A DNA stretch of 64,000 bases from Bdellovibrio sp. (GCA_036676395.1 JAKFCY010000002.1:1824001-1888000); one strand, 5' to 3'; shown: positions 38,938-49,538, counted from the stretch's first letter. Made by a program: numbers and translations. Notes: a model not told the origin generated them from the letters alone.

Positions 38938-40656
38938 ATGCGCGCATTGGGAATTGATATTGGTGAAGATTCCATAAAAATTGCCGAAGTTGTTCAAAAC
39001 AAAAAGTCGATCTATGTTCAAGCCGTTTATGAAAAAAAACTTTCTCAGCAAGTCACTGCCCATGATCGCGAAATTGAAGCCATTGAATATATTCGTCAAA
39101 TTGCTCCACAATTAGATTTCGCTTCGGCCCGCGTTGTGATGTCTTTAAAACAAGACAAAGTCACTGTTAGAAAAAAACAATTTCCTTTTGCCGACCGTTC
39201 TAAAATTTTAAAAAGTTTATCTTTTGAAATGGAAGAAGACATTCCCTTTGATCCGGATCTTTGTTTATTTGAAGCTAAAGTAATTTTGACAGAAGGCCTT
39301 TCGGCTCACGTTTTAGCTATTGCTGCGCCAAAAACTCATATTGAAAAATCATTAAGCATCGCCAAAGATTTCGGCGTTGATCCCTACACCCTAACTGTAG
39401 ATGGAATTGCTTTTGCAAACTTATTAGAAGCTTGGGATAACGCTCCCCCGCAATTTGCGACAGCGACTGGCCCATTAAGTTTTACAGCTGATGAAGACAT
39501 CCCTGACGTCGAAGAAACTAACAGCAGCCCTGCTTTTGGCAGCCCTATTCAGGTGACTTTAAACATCGGCCATAAAAGAACTTTACTTTGCGCACAGATC
39601 GAAGGCCGTTTAGTTTTTGTCAGAAGTTTAATGTGGGGCGCAGATCAAATTATTTCTGAATTTATGCGCAAGTTTCAGCTTCCGTACCTTGAAGCGCAAC
39701 GTTTATTACAAAACGAAGCTGCCTTACTTTTATCAAAAACGAATCAAGATTTCGAAACAGCTAATACCGCTTCAACGATTGAAAAATCAATGCGCGAATT
39801 AGTGCGCGATTTACAAATGTCATTTTTAGAATTGCAAAGTGAATTTCACGGAAACATTCAAAATGTATATTTAACTGGTGGCTTATCATTACTTCCAAAC
39901 GTGGGTGCTTTTTTAACTCAACATTTAGAAGTGCCATGCAATCCGGTTTCATTATTAGATCACTATATCGACCCAACAACGATTCAAACTAATAACATCC
40001 CACTTGAGTCTGTGAAATCACGTTTTGCAACTGCGGTGGGTATTGCAATTGAAGCGTTTAAAAAACCAAAAAACCCTGCCCTACAATTTATGAAGGGCGA
40101 ATTCGTTGCTGAGAACAATCGTCTAAAACAATTTTGGACTGATTGGGGTTTAATTGCCAAAACGGCAGCTGCGGCTGTAATCGTGTTTTTCATCTGGGGT
40201 GGTGTGCGCGAATCGATGACGGTGACCTTAGCTGAAAAAGGCGATGAAGCCCTTACCACGCAGGCTAAAAACGTAGCCCGCCTTCCACGCAAACAAGCCA
40301 ACGAAAAAGGTATTAAAAAATATATCAGCGATAATAAAAAACGCGCCCAAGAATTCAAATTATTAAGCCAAGTGGCCGGCATGAATTCAGCATTAGATGT
40401 TTTGAAAAAAATCAGCGAAGTTTCACCTGATAAATCGCAAAGTAAAATTGATATCATGCAATTACAAATTACTGACGATAACGTAAAAATCGTAGGCTAT
40501 GCGAATTCTCCGCGTGAAGTGACTTTGATGAATCAGCGCCTGGCGACTATGGCTTTAAATAAAAAAGTAACCGAAGAAACACCGACCCTGCCAAGTCAGC
40601 CAAATCGTGTGGCTTTTTCATTAAGTTTAAAAACTGACCGAGGATTACTTAAATGA
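38938..40656 (+). CDS. gspL: T2SS protein L (PilM-like actin-fold domain + TM + periplasmic domain)
   Basis: ALGIDIGEDSIKI, NIGH, LTGG, A.AVGIA; TM near residue 410. Confidence 0.75.
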   Translation: MRALGIDIGEDSIKIAEVVQNKKSIYVQAVYEKKLSQQVTAHDREIEAIEYIRQIAPQLDFASARVVMSLKQDKVTVRKKQFPFADRSKILKSLSFEMEEDIPFDPDLCLFEAKVILTEGLSAHVLAIAAPKTHIEKSLSIAKDFGVDPYTLTVDGIAFANLLEAWDNAPPQFATATGPLSFTADEDIPDVEETNSSPAFGSPIQVTLNIGHKRTLLCAQIEGRLVFVRSLMWGADQIISEFMRKFQLPYLEAQRLLQNEAALLLSKTNQDFETANTASTIEKSMRELVRDLQMSFLELQSEFHGNIQNVYLTGGLSLLPNVGAFLTQHLEVPCNPVSLLDHYIDPTTIQTNNIPLESVKSRFATAVGIAIEAFKKPKNPALQFMKGEFVAENNRLKQFWTDWGLIAKTAAAAVIVFFIWGGVRESMTVTLAEKGDEALTTQAKNVARLPRKQANEKGIKKYISDNKKRAQEFKLLSQVAGMNSALDVLKKISEVSPDKSQSKIDIMQLQITDDNVKIVGYANSPREVTLMNQRLATMALNKKVTEETPTLPSQPNRVAFSLSLKTDRGLLK

Positions 40657-41339
40657 GTCGTCTTGAAGAATTAAAAGATCAGCTTAAGACCACACTGCAG
40701 ACAACCTGGGAAAAAATCCAAGAATCTGAAGCTTATAATCAATTAAGTGATAAATACCAATCGCTAAGCCCATCAGGCCAAAAAGCAGCACAGGCTGTGA
40801 CGGCCTTATTACTTGCCAGCGTTGTGTTTTATTCGCCGATCAGTCAGTTACAAATTTCAAATGAACTTATGGTGCAGTTTGAAGACAAACGCACTCTTAT
40901 TCGCGACCTATTTAAAACTTACCGTGATTCTACGGGTGGCTTACAAATGGCCCCGGCGCCGCAAGTTGCTGATTTAATTTCAACGATTCAAAGTTCACTA
41001 CAGAATGCTAAACTTATTCCTGAACAAATCGTGGGCGTTGACATGTCACAAGCTGAAGGCCGTTTGATCCCTTCAAGTTTGCAACAGGGCGTAGTTGAAG
41101 TAAAATTAGCGAAATTAAATTTACGCCAAGTGGTTGATATCGGCTTACAGTTAGCCAATATTTCATCAGCCGTAAAAGTTAAAGATATGTTAATGCAAGC
41201 CAATGCTGAAATGGCTGGATACTTTGATGTCAGCTATAAACTTTATGCGCTAAAAGTTCCTGAAGCGCTTCCTGAGCCGGCACCAGAACCAGTCAGCAAT
41301 AAAAAGAAAAAACCATCTCAAAGCGAGGGTGACGAATAA
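40653..41339 (+). CDS. gspM: T2SS protein M-like
   Basis: Single TM after YQSLSP; position between gspL and gspN. Confidence 0.6.
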   Translation: MSRLEELKDQLKTTLQTTWEKIQESEAYNQLSDKYQSLSPSGQKAAQAVTALLLASVVFYSPISQLQISNELMVQFEDKRTLIRDLFKTYRDSTGGLQMAPAPQVADLISTIQSSLQNAKLIPEQIVGVDMSQAEGRLIPSSLQQGVVEVKLAKLNLRQVVDIGLQLANISSAVKVKDMLMQANAEMAGYFDVSYKLYALKVPEALPEPAPEPVSNKKKKPSQSEGDE

Positions 41340-42307
41340 TGATGGACATGATCATCAAAACATTTCGCTTCGTCTGGGGACAAAAATTTAAAATTCTGTT
41401 CACTGTTGTTTTTACGTTTGTGTTTCTATTTTTACTATTTCCGTTTAAAGATTTAAATGATTTTATCTCTGGACAAGTTTCAGCGCTTACGCAAAACAGT
41501 GTTTATTTACAATTCGAAGACATGCGCTTAAATCCAGTCACTGCTTCAATCAGCTTAGATGGCGTCTTAGTTGAAACTTCAACAATCGAAGGCCTAAATA
41601 TTAATTCAATTTCAGCTTCACCGTCTCTGGCGGCTTTATTTAAACGCCAGCCGGGCGGAAAACTAGTAGCTGATGGTTTATTCGGTGGCCATTTAGAAGT
41701 TAAATTAACTCCGCTTGAAACCTTAGAAAGCGGCGCTTTAAAAGCTAACTTAGATGTTGCCAGCGACAGCATTTCTTTAAAAAACTTACGCGACACCATG
41801 CAGATCTCAATTCCACTTTCTGGTTCTGCGAATATCACAGCCAACATCACTGCCGATATGTCTTTTAAAGAACAACCGGATGGCGAAGTATCTATTGTCA
41901 TTGATAATTTCGAAATGCCGAGTAGCTCAATGAATTCTCCAAACTTTGGCAATCTTGTGCTTCCAGAAATTAAGTTTAAGCAAGTGGATGTAAAAGGAAA
42001 GTTAACCGGCGGAAAGTTAGTGATCGAAAATGCTAAGCTTGGAAACCCTTCAGATGATTTATCTGGAACACTAAAAGGTGATATCGCCATTCGCATCGAC
42101 AATATCGGTGGAACCGCTCGTCCGACAATTGGCGCCTACAATCTAAATATCGATCTTATCGCTAAGCCCGCATTCGTTCAACGTGCGCAAACTTTCTTAG
42201 TTCTTATTGATCAGTTCAAAACTGAAGAAAGAGGCTCAAGTCGCTACCGTCTGAAAGTTCAGGCTTCGAGCACAGACTTACCGCCTTCAATCCTTCCTCT
42301 AAATTAA
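41339..42307 (+). CDS. gspN: T2SS protein N-like
   Basis: N-terminal TM ending FP, beta-rich body; last gene of the cluster. Confidence 0.7.
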   Translation: MMDMIIKTFRFVWGQKFKILFTVVFTFVFLFLLFPFKDLNDFISGQVSALTQNSVYLQFEDMRLNPVTASISLDGVLVETSTIEGLNINSISASPSLAALFKRQPGGKLVADGLFGGHLEVKLTPLETLESGALKANLDVASDSISLKNLRDTMQISIPLSGSANITANITADMSFKEQPDGEVSIVIDNFEMPSSSMNSPNFGNLVLPEIKFKQVDVKGKLTGGKLVIENAKLGNPSDDLSGTLKGDIAIRIDNIGGTARPTIGAYNLNIDLIAKPAFVQRAQTFLVLIDQFKTEERGSSRYRLKVQASSTDLPPSILPLN

Positions 42308-42499
42308 GCATTTGTTTTCAACAAAATTAAGCATTCTCCGGTTTACGGATTTCGCGAACTTTTTAATCACATTACGCGCCGCTTGCAATGGCCATCATTA
42401 TGCTACTCCTCACGGTAAACAAACAGTCAACATTTAAGCCATGTCGGTTTTAGTGTTGACTCAATTCTGCGCCCAAAGGAAAAAGAAGAAGGAGGGCAT

Positions 42500-42952
42500 A
42501 TGTCTGGAATTAACAAAGTAATTATTGTTGGCCGTTTAGGTCAAGACCCCGAGATGAAAGCTGTTGGCCAAGGTGCTACAGTTACCCGTCTTAACGTTGC
42601 TACAAGTGAATCTTGGACTGATAAAACAGGTAACAAGCAAGAACGCACTGAATGGCACCGTATTACGGTATGGGGAAAATTAGCCGAACTTTGCGGTAAG
42701 TATTTAGCAAAAGGACGCATGGTTTACGTAGAAGGTAAACTTCAAACACGTTCATGGGAAGACAACGGACAAAAGAAATACGCTACAGAAATCGTAGCTT
42801 CTACTGTTCAGTTTTTAGGTGGTGCTAGCACTAACGCCGGAGCTTCTAACAACCAAAATGATTCATCAGTGAATCAAGGTGGCGGAGACTTCAATTTTTC
42901 TGATTTCGGTCCGGAGCCTAGCTTCAACCAATCTGAAGACATCCCATTCTAA
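42500..42952 (+). CDS. ssb: Single-stranded DNA-binding protein
   Basis: [19 protein letters not shown], acidic tail EDIPF; AGGAGG SD. Confidence 0.97.
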   Translation: MSGINKVIIVGRLGQDPEMKAVGQGATVTRLNVATSESWTDKTGNKQERTEWHRITVWGKLAELCGKYLAKGRMVYVEGKLQTRSWEDNGQKKYATEIVASTVQFLGGASTNAGASNNQNDSSVNQGGGDFNFSDFGPEPSFNQSEDIPF

Positions 42953-43032
42953 GCTGATAAGCTGATTTGCTTTCAGCAAAATTCTTACTGTAAAATTTAA
43001 GCCTTTTCTTTTTCAAAAAACACGCTCAAACT

Positions 43033-43332
43033 ATGAGAGTGAAGACAAAGAAAAGGCTTTTTTTATTTTTATTTCTGACACTTTCTTCGTGCTCAATTTA
43101 CAAATCAGCAGATCGTGCTGACTTTGAATCAGAATCACCTACTTTTAAAATTAAAAGTCTGCAGAAGACCACGTGTTCACCACAAAGCTTAGCCAGTGAA
43201 TCTTCGCAAAGCCGTTTAATCACCACGATTAATGATGAATTTTTATGGGAACACCAAGTTCAACAACACCCCTATTACGAATCTAACGATTTAAAAGGCA
43301 CTTACTGCTTGTATGACGTTACTTTCGAATAA
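43033..43332 (+). CDS. Small hypothetical lipoprotein
   Basis: Basic N-terminus, hydrophobic stretch, lipobox LSSC. Confidence 0.65.
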   Translation: MRVKTKKRLFLFLFLTLSSCSIYKSADRADFESESPTFKIKSLQKTTCSPQSLASESSQSRLITTINDEFLWEHQVQQHPYYESNDLKGTYCLYDVTFE

Positions 43333-44311
43333 GTTAGCCCTCATCCTTAGCCTTATGTTTTTAACAGTGCCAGCCCTGGCCTATAAGGTTAAAGACATCA
43401 CTGGAAAAAAAATCCTGATCGATCTTGAAGGCGAAAAACTTTTTGTCGGCGATGTCGTCATTTCAATTGATAAAACACCAAACGGACCAGAAATCGCAGG
43501 TTCAGCCAAAGTATTACAAGTTCGCGAAAAACTAGCTGTTGCCGCTATTTCAGATGGTAAATTTATCATTGGCAAAAAGATCGCGCGTAAAGCTGCCGAA
43601 AAGACCGCTGTTGAAATTGCTAAAGAACAACAACCTAAATTAGTTGCTGAACCTGAATACGCCGAAGATGAAGAAATTTACGAAACCTCGCAACAACGCC
43701 GTCAGCGCTTAAAATCTTCTGACGAAGATGGCATCGTGTTTCGTCGTGACATGATGAAGGTGTCACTTATAGGCTCTTTTACGCAGGATAAAATCTCGGC
43801 TAAGCAAGCCGATGACACTTTACCTTTTGCCGTTGAAGAAATCGTTGCTATGGAAGGTTCAGGGGCTGGAGTTGGTCTTGCTTTTGATTACCCATCACAA
43901 TGGGGCGTAACTTTGCGCGGGGTTATATTAAATGAAAAGCTATCTGTTTCTGGCTTGTCGATCAACGAGGATATGTGTAACGGAAAAACTTCGCAAATCT
44001 GCTCAGTTAATGTGAATTACCTAAGTTTAGGTGGCCATTTACGTTTCGATTACAACATTAGTCGATTAACATTCTGGGCTGCCGGCGGTGCAGTTTTTAA
44101 ATATCCCACCTCGGTGGAAACTACAGCTTTGCGTACTGCAGATTTAAAACTAGCCAATGCCATCGTTGCCAGTGGTGGATTTGACTTCGCTTTTAATAAT
44201 CGTTTTTTTATGCCGTTAGCTTTTGAATATCACTACTCATTAAATAAATCAGACACGGTGTCTATAATTGACCACTCGGCATTTTTTGTCGGTTTTGGCG
44301 CTAAATTTTAG
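43313..44311 (+). CDS. Putative outer-membrane protein (N-terminal periplasmic domain + beta-barrel)
   Basis: Signal peptide ALA; C-terminal FVGFGAKF. Confidence 0.65.
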   Translation: MTLLSNKLALILSLMFLTVPALAYKVKDITGKKILIDLEGEKLFVGDVVISIDKTPNGPEIAGSAKVLQVREKLAVAAISDGKFIIGKKIARKAAEKTAVEIAKEQQPKLVAEPEYAEDEEIYETSQQRRQRLKSSDEDGIVFRRDMMKVSLIGSFTQDKISAKQADDTLPFAVEEIVAMEGSGAGVGLAFDYPSQWGVTLRGVILNEKLSVSGLSINEDMCNGKTSQICSVNVNYLSLGGHLRFDYNISRLTFWAAGGAVFKYPTSVETTALRTADLKLANAIVASGGFDFAFNNRFFMPLAFEYHYSLNKSDTVSIIDHSAFFVGFGAKF

Positions 44312-45317
44312 ACCAGCTATTTACATCAATCACAAGATTAGAAAAACCAGCAATCCAATTTGCGTTATCATTCAACGAAGGCACCATTTTAAATTGCTCA
44401 CCACCCCACGTTTGAAATTGGTGATGCAATTCGATATTGATTTCTTCTAAAGTCTCAAGGCCATCAGTCACAAACGCTGGGCATGCGACCACTAACGATT
44501 TCACCTGCTTTTGCTTAACTAAATCTTCGGTAGTTTTTTCAGTCGCTGGCTCTAACCATTTTTTATAACCCACACGGGATTGAAAACATAAGGTGTATTT
44601 ATCTGGATTTAAATTTAATTTGGCGGCTAATAATTTTACGGTTTGTTGGCATTGAGCATAGTAACAACGAGAAATATCCGGACGCTCACAACATTTCTGA
44701 TTTAACTCACATCCTGGATTTTTTTGAATTTGTGAAACTGGCAGCCCGTGAAATGAAAATACCAGGTGTTCATTATTTTGAATATAAGGCTTAATTTGAT
44801 CGGCCCATGAATTAATAAAACTTTGATGGTTGTAAAAGGGCTTTAAAGTTTTTACGCTCTTTTGTTTTGGCCATAACTGACTGACTACAGGCAATAAGAC
44901 GTCAAAAGCTGAACCAGTCGTAGCCATCGCAAACTGTGGGTATAATGGCGCTATCAGGATTTCGTCATAGTTATTATTTTTATAAGAAGCAAGAGTTGCT
45001 TGCGCTGATTTTTCACCGTAGCGCCAATGAATGACTACATCTGTATCAGGCAATTTTTTAGCAACTAAATTGGCAAACTTTGTTGTCTCAACAACCAAAG
45101 GCGAACCATCAGGAGTCCAAATACTTTGATATTTTTTCGCTGACGGTTTTTTACGACGAGGCACAATGCCAATATGAACTAGAATAGATCTAAAAAACCA
45201 AGGCATGTCTAAAATACGCTGATCCATTAAAAATCGCCCAAGATATTTACCGACCGCTTTGGGCGTGGGCTCAGAAGGGCTTCCGATTTGACTTAAAATT
45301 AATAACTTTTTACCCAT
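44301..45317 (-). CDS. hemH: Ferrochelatase
   Basis: GSP, PLYPQF, FSFHGLP, FQSR.G...WLEP, FVTDGLETLEEI. Confidence 0.94.
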   Translation of the reverse strand: MGKKLLILSQIGSPSEPTPKAVGKYLGRFLMDQRILDMPWFFRSILVHIGIVPRRKKPSAKKYQSIWTPDGSPLVVETTKFANLVAKKLPDTDVVIHWRYGEKSAQATLASYKNNNYDEILIAPLYPQFAMATTGSAFDVLLPVVSQLWPKQKSVKTLKPFYNHQSFINSWADQIKPYIQNNEHLVFSFHGLPVSQIQKNPGCELNQKCCERPDISRCYYAQCQQTVKLLAAKLNLNPDKYTLCFQSRVGYKKWLEPATEKTTEDLVKQKQVKSLVVACPAFVTDGLETLEEINIELHHQFQTWGGEQFKMVPSLNDNANWIAGFSNLVIDVNSWSKI

Positions 45318-46497
45318 ATTTGGCCTTCAACTTTTCTGCTAAAATAATATTTTGATCATAGATTTTAGCAAGCCCTATTTTACCTAAGTAATTTCCGGCC
45401 AAATAAATATTTTTATTTGCTAAGCTGTTTTGCGTTTCTGCTAACTCAGAAAGAAATCGCTGTAACTGCTGGTTATAAGCAGGAATTGCTTTGGGCCAAC
45501 GTGTGATGTGATATTCAGAAGGCTCACCTTGATTTGCAAATAGTCTATGGCGATCTGCTAAAATGGATTTCTTAATTTGTTCGTCGGTTAAATTTTTCAG
45601 GTCTTGACTGATAATCCAAGTTTCAGAAGGGTTTGGCCCGCGGTCAGTAAAAATACATGAATTCACTAATACGCCCGCAGCGAAAAAATTTTCGCTTGGC
45701 GGAAATAGACAGCCAAAACCACTTAATGTGGCTGTATTCATTGGCCAAACTAACGTTACTGAAATTAATGGAACAGATTCAATATTTTTTAACTGAGTTT
45801 GCGGTAATAATAAAGCTGCATCCCAGGCAGAAGTTGCAATAACAATTACATCTTTATCTTGAAGCGACAGTTCGCTCAAACTTTTAACGTCTTGCTTAAC
45901 AATCTGCAGTTTTGCTTTAAGGGCATTAATTAACTGGCCCATCCCTTTTTTAGGAGCATAAGTTGTTGGTTTATATTTTTTGGCTTTTTTAAACTCATTT
46001 ACAGCTTTAAAAGAATCTAAAACGGCTTTGGCATTCAGCTTTGTGGCTGGTAAGGCAAAAATTCCGCGAACTGCCGAAGTTAAAACGTAGTCTGTAAACT
46101 TTTGACCGAAGTTTTTTATTCCCCAATCATTTAAGCTTAAGTGCGGATCTGGTTTTTTCTTTGTGAAAACAAATTTAGCCAACTTTGAAACTAGAAAAAA
46201 AGTTTCACTTAGACTTAGCGGCCAACGTTTTGCTTCACCAGCACGAAAGATAAATCGTTTGCTAGAGATTTTTTGTGAAGCTAAAAATTCAATTTCTAAT
46301 TCTTTGGCCAGATTTTCTAAGCGCGGCGTCCACAATAGGCCATTCGCGGCAGTTTCACGAAGATGGGTCGCTGATTGATGCGTTTGAATTAATCCGCCAA
46401 TTCGGTCTTTTTCATAGAGCGTTACACTAAGACCTGCTTTTTGCAGCTCCCAAGCAAGCGTTAACCCTGTAAAGCCTGCTCCGATGATATGAATCAT
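45310..46497 (-). CDS. hemY: HemY-type (proto/copro)porphyrinogen oxidase
   Basis: FAD-binding IIGAGFTGL, GFGCLFP, RWPKAIPAY, LAGNY; hem context. Confidence 0.82.
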   Translation of the reverse strand: MIHIIGAGFTGLTLAWELQKAGLSVTLYEKDRIGGLIQTHQSATHLRETAANGLLWTPRLENLAKELEIEFLASQKISSKRFIFRAGEAKRWPLSLSETFFLVSKLAKFVFTKKKPDPHLSLNDWGIKNFGQKFTDYVLTSAVRGIFALPATKLNAKAVLDSFKAVNEFKKAKKYKPTTYAPKKGMGQLINALKAKLQIVKQDVKSLSELSLQDKDVIVIATSAWDAALLLPQTQLKNIESVPLISVTLVWPMNTATLSGFGCLFPPSENFFAAGVLVNSCIFTDRGPNPSETWIISQDLKNLTDEQIKKSILADRHRLFANQGEPSEYHITRWPKAIPAYNQQLQRFLSELAETQNSLANKNIYLAGNYLGKIGLAKIYDQNIILAEKLKAKYG

Positions 46498-47840
46498 AAT
46501 GACGAAGAAAAAATTCTTGTTTGTGGTTTATTACGCTTCAAATGCTCATCAAAAAAAATGCAGATATTACGTAAAAATGGTTTTCCCTGTTCGCTGACAA
46601 GCAGACGATCACCCAGAATTGTGACTAAATTGTCATTGATCATTTCACGCAAAAATTCAGGAGCTTGTTTTGTTTGCTCGGGGTTCATTTTAACCTGATA
46701 GCTTGTCATCAATGATAAAATCTGCTCGCGACGAGAAACATCTTCTTCTGTTAAAATATGCCCGCGCGCTGTTGGAATCACACCAGAATTAATTAACTCT
46801 TCGTATTTCGGAAGAATTTTTTCATTCTGATGAAAAGATTGTGGTGATTCAGAAATACTGCTGACTCCAAGACCTAACATCACCTGCGATTTTTGATCGG
46901 TGTAACCCATAAAGTTTCTATGCAACTTATGATCAGTCATCGCTACGGCTAAAGCTTCGTCTTTTAACGCGAAATGATCCATACCCACTTCAACATAACC
47001 AAAATTTAATAATTCAGTACGGGCGTATTCATAAAGATCGCGTTTTTCTTTACCCGTCGGCAGATCTTCGTCTTTAAATAATCTTTGTGCAGGTTTAATC
47101 CACGGCACCAAGGCAAAACTATATAAAGCAATGCGATTTGGGCGCAGTTTTTTCGTTTGCGCAATCGTGTGCTCCATTGTCGCACGTGTTTGTTTCGCTA
47201 AGCCATAAATTAAATCATAATTGACTGAATCAAAACCGATTTCACGCGCATAGCGAGTGATGCTTTCAGTTTCTTCAAAAGACTGCAGGCGATTTACTAG
47301 ACGTTGAATTTCAGGATTAAAATCTTGCACGCCTAAGCTAATACGACGAAATCCTAATTTGTATAATATCTGAAGTTGTTCACGGTTAGTTCTACGAGGA
47401 TCTACCTCGATTGAACCTTCAAAATTTGCACCGCGCGTAGTTTGATCTAAAATCGGCGTTAACATCTGTGCTAAATGATCTGCTGATAGAAAAGTAGGTG
47501 TGCCGCCGCCTAAGTGCATACCTTGCAGTTGTGCTTTTGAGAATTCAGGCACCATCTGGCGATATAAATCCCATTCTTTTAAAATTAATTTTAAATACGG
47601 GTCTTCTTTTTTATGATCTTTAGTAATAATCGTATTACAGCCGCAAAACGTGCAGAGCGTTTCACAAAAAGGCACATGAATATACATCGACCATTGGCTT
47701 CTGCCGCCGTCCAGGCCTTGGCGTAAATGCGCTAACCACTGCTCTTGCGTGGGTGCTGCCCCCCAATAAGGAACTGTCGGATAACTTGTGTAACGTGGGG
47801 CTGGTATATCGTATTTAGCAAATAACATTGAATCATTCAT
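46494..47840 (-). CDS. hemN: Oxygen-independent coproporphyrinogen III oxidase (radical SAM)
   Basis: PRYTSYPT, HVPFCETLCTFCGC, GGGTP, RNFMGY. Confidence 0.94.
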   Translation of the reverse strand: MNDSMLFAKYDIPAPRYTSYPTVPYWGAAPTQEQWLAHLRQGLDGGRSQWSMYIHVPFCETLCTFCGCNTIITKDHKKEDPYLKLILKEWDLYRQMVPEFSKAQLQGMHLGGGTPTFLSADHLAQMLTPILDQTTRGANFEGSIEVDPRRTNREQLQILYKLGFRRISLGVQDFNPEIQRLVNRLQSFEETESITRYAREIGFDSVNYDLIYGLAKQTRATMEHTIAQTKKLRPNRIALYSFALVPWIKPAQRLFKDEDLPTGKEKRDLYEYARTELLNFGYVEVGMDHFALKDEALAVAMTDHKLHRNFMGYTDQKSQVMLGLGVSSISESPQSFHQNEKILPKYEELINSGVIPTARGHILTEEDVSRREQILSLMTSYQVKMNPEQTKQAPEFLREMINDNLVTILGDRLLVSEQGKPFLRNICIFFDEHLKRNKPQTRIFSSSL

Positions 47841-48843
47841 GAAAAACTTCACGCGTGATTTGCACGAAACGACGAACGTTAGCTTCAGGAGTTTTTGGCA
47901 ATACGCCATGGCCTAAACCACAAACCCATTGACTTCGCTGTTCAGGAGTTAATTTTTTAAAATCCTCCAAATATAATCGGTAAGTTTTTTCAAACTCTTG
48001 CGCTGGTAAAAACAATAACGCTTGGTCAAAATTACCTTGCACAAAACCCGGCGTCGCCAGTTCAGTTTTATTTAAAATGCCTGGTAAATTCCAACGGTGA
48101 TCAAAGCCCATCCCTGCCCACGGAAGATCTAAAAATTCTTTAGTAAAGAATGATCTTTGTGTGCCTTTTGAATAATAGCCGAGTTTTCCTGGGTATGCTT
48201 TCGCAAGTTCAGACAGAAGCGGCGCAATCCATTTTTGAAATAAAGCTGGGCTGACTTCGCCAGCTGCCGTATCAAAAATCATCACAGCATCTGCGCCACC
48301 TTCAAATTGAATACGAATGTTTTCTTTTAAAAGCAGAAGCATGATTTTCGCAAATTTTTGAAATAGCTCATAGTCATTTTTACTGTGAATTAAAGATCCC
48401 GCATGTGAACCCTCAACCGCATAAACGAATAATGTCCAAAGACCACCGACAAAACCCGTTACATGCTTTTGTGCCGGAATTTTTTGGCGAGTTAAAATCA
48501 TTGCTTCTTTTTGAAAATGCAATTTAGGCAAAGCATCTGTCCAAGGCACTAATTTATCAATTGTAGTTGGGTTTAATTGAAAACCTAAACGTGGGCCATG
48601 ATCAGTGTATTCTAAACCCATGCCTAAAGCTTCTAAAGGAAACAAAATATCAGAAAATAAAATTGAAACGTCGAAATCAAAATCTTGCACAGGGCCCAAA
48701 GCTACTTCAGATGCAAGTTCAGGATTTTTACATAAATCCATGAAGGAGTGTTTGGCGCGTAAATTTTGATAATGAGAATGGTAGCGACCCGCTTGGCGCA
48801 TCATCCATACTGGAGGCGCTTTTGTTTTAGTTTGAAAAATCAT
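47833..48843 (-). CDS. hemE: Uroporphyrinogen decarboxylase
   Basis: PVWMMRQAGRY, ILFSDIL, QGNFD, LGHG. Confidence 0.95.
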   Translation of the reverse strand: MIFQTKTKAPPVWMMRQAGRYHSHYQNLRAKHSFMDLCKNPELASEVALGPVQDFDFDVSILFSDILFPLEALGMGLEYTDHGPRLGFQLNPTTIDKLVPWTDALPKLHFQKEAMILTRQKIPAQKHVTGFVGGLWTLFVYAVEGSHAGSLIHSKNDYELFQKFAKIMLLLLKENIRIQFEGGADAVMIFDTAAGEVSPALFQKWIAPLLSELAKAYPGKLGYYSKGTQRSFFTKEFLDLPWAGMGFDHRWNLPGILNKTELATPGFVQGNFDQALLFLPAQEFEKTYRLYLEDFKKLTPEQRSQWVCGLGHGVLPKTPEANVRRFVQITREVFHE

Positions 48844-49538
48844 ATTTGTTCTCCGCTTGCTTTGGTTTCATAGACATAACCCACACCACGAACTGATCTG
48901 ATCATCTGTTCGTCAGTATCACCGATCAACTGGCGAAGGCGTGCAATCGCATTATCAATTGTGCGATGGCTGGTTTCGCTATCAGCGCCCCAAACCAAAT
49001 TAATAATCTGGTCGCGGCTGACTGGTGATCCCGGATGGGCTATGAGGTGTTTTAGAATTTTAAGATCGTTAACCGGTGGGTATTCAATGCCGCCACCCTG
49101 GCGATAGACTGCAAATGTAGTAAAATTAATTTTTACTTTACCCACTTCAACTTCGATTTGATTTGGGTGGGCTTCAAAGATATGCCCGATACGTAAGATT
49201 AATTCTTTTAAGTGAAAGGGTTTCGGAATAAATTCTTGGATACCGATTTCGTAACCCTTTAAACGAGTCTCAGGGTCACCTTGTGCTGATAAAATTAATA
49301 CGGGTGGCTTGTATGACAAAGTTTCTAATTTTTTAACCAAGTCTAAACCATGACCGTCAGGCAAACCTAAATCACAAATTAATAAATCAAAGGCTTCACT
49401 TCTTAAATACTGTTCGGCTTTAGCTAAATTGTTGGCCCATTTAACGTTATAGTCACGACCTAGGCTAGTTTGTAAACCTTCACCTAAAGTAGAATCATCT
49501 TCGACTAATAAAATGCTTTTTTGAGGAGTTATGCTCAT
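48840..49538 (-). CDS. OmpR/PhoB family response regulator
   Basis: LLVEDD, DLGLPDGHG, KPF, RTIDNAIARLR, SVRGVGY. Confidence 0.92.
   Translation of the reverse strand: MSITPQKSILLVEDDSTLGEGLQTSLGRDYNVKWANNLAKAEQYLRSEAFDLLICDLGLPDGHGLDLVKKLETLSYKPPVLILSAQGDPETRLKGYEIGIQEFIPKPFHLKELILRIGHIFEAHPNQIEVEVGKVKINFTTFAVYRQGGGIEYPPVNDLKILKHLIAHPGSPVSRDQIINLVWGADSETSHRTIDNAIARLRQLIGDTDEQMIRSVRGVGYVYETKASGEQI

Noticed and set aside
41503..42102. 199-aa antisense ORF inside gspN, and similar ones (39984-40457, 58578-58991, 29993-30361)
   Set aside because: Shadow frames of well-supported genes with no motifs or translation signals
47841..47909. Extended hemN N-terminus overlapping hemE (also the extended starts of carD, nfu, DHS-like, hemC, hemA)
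   Set aside because: Downstream ATGs match family lengths, coupling or promoter signals better
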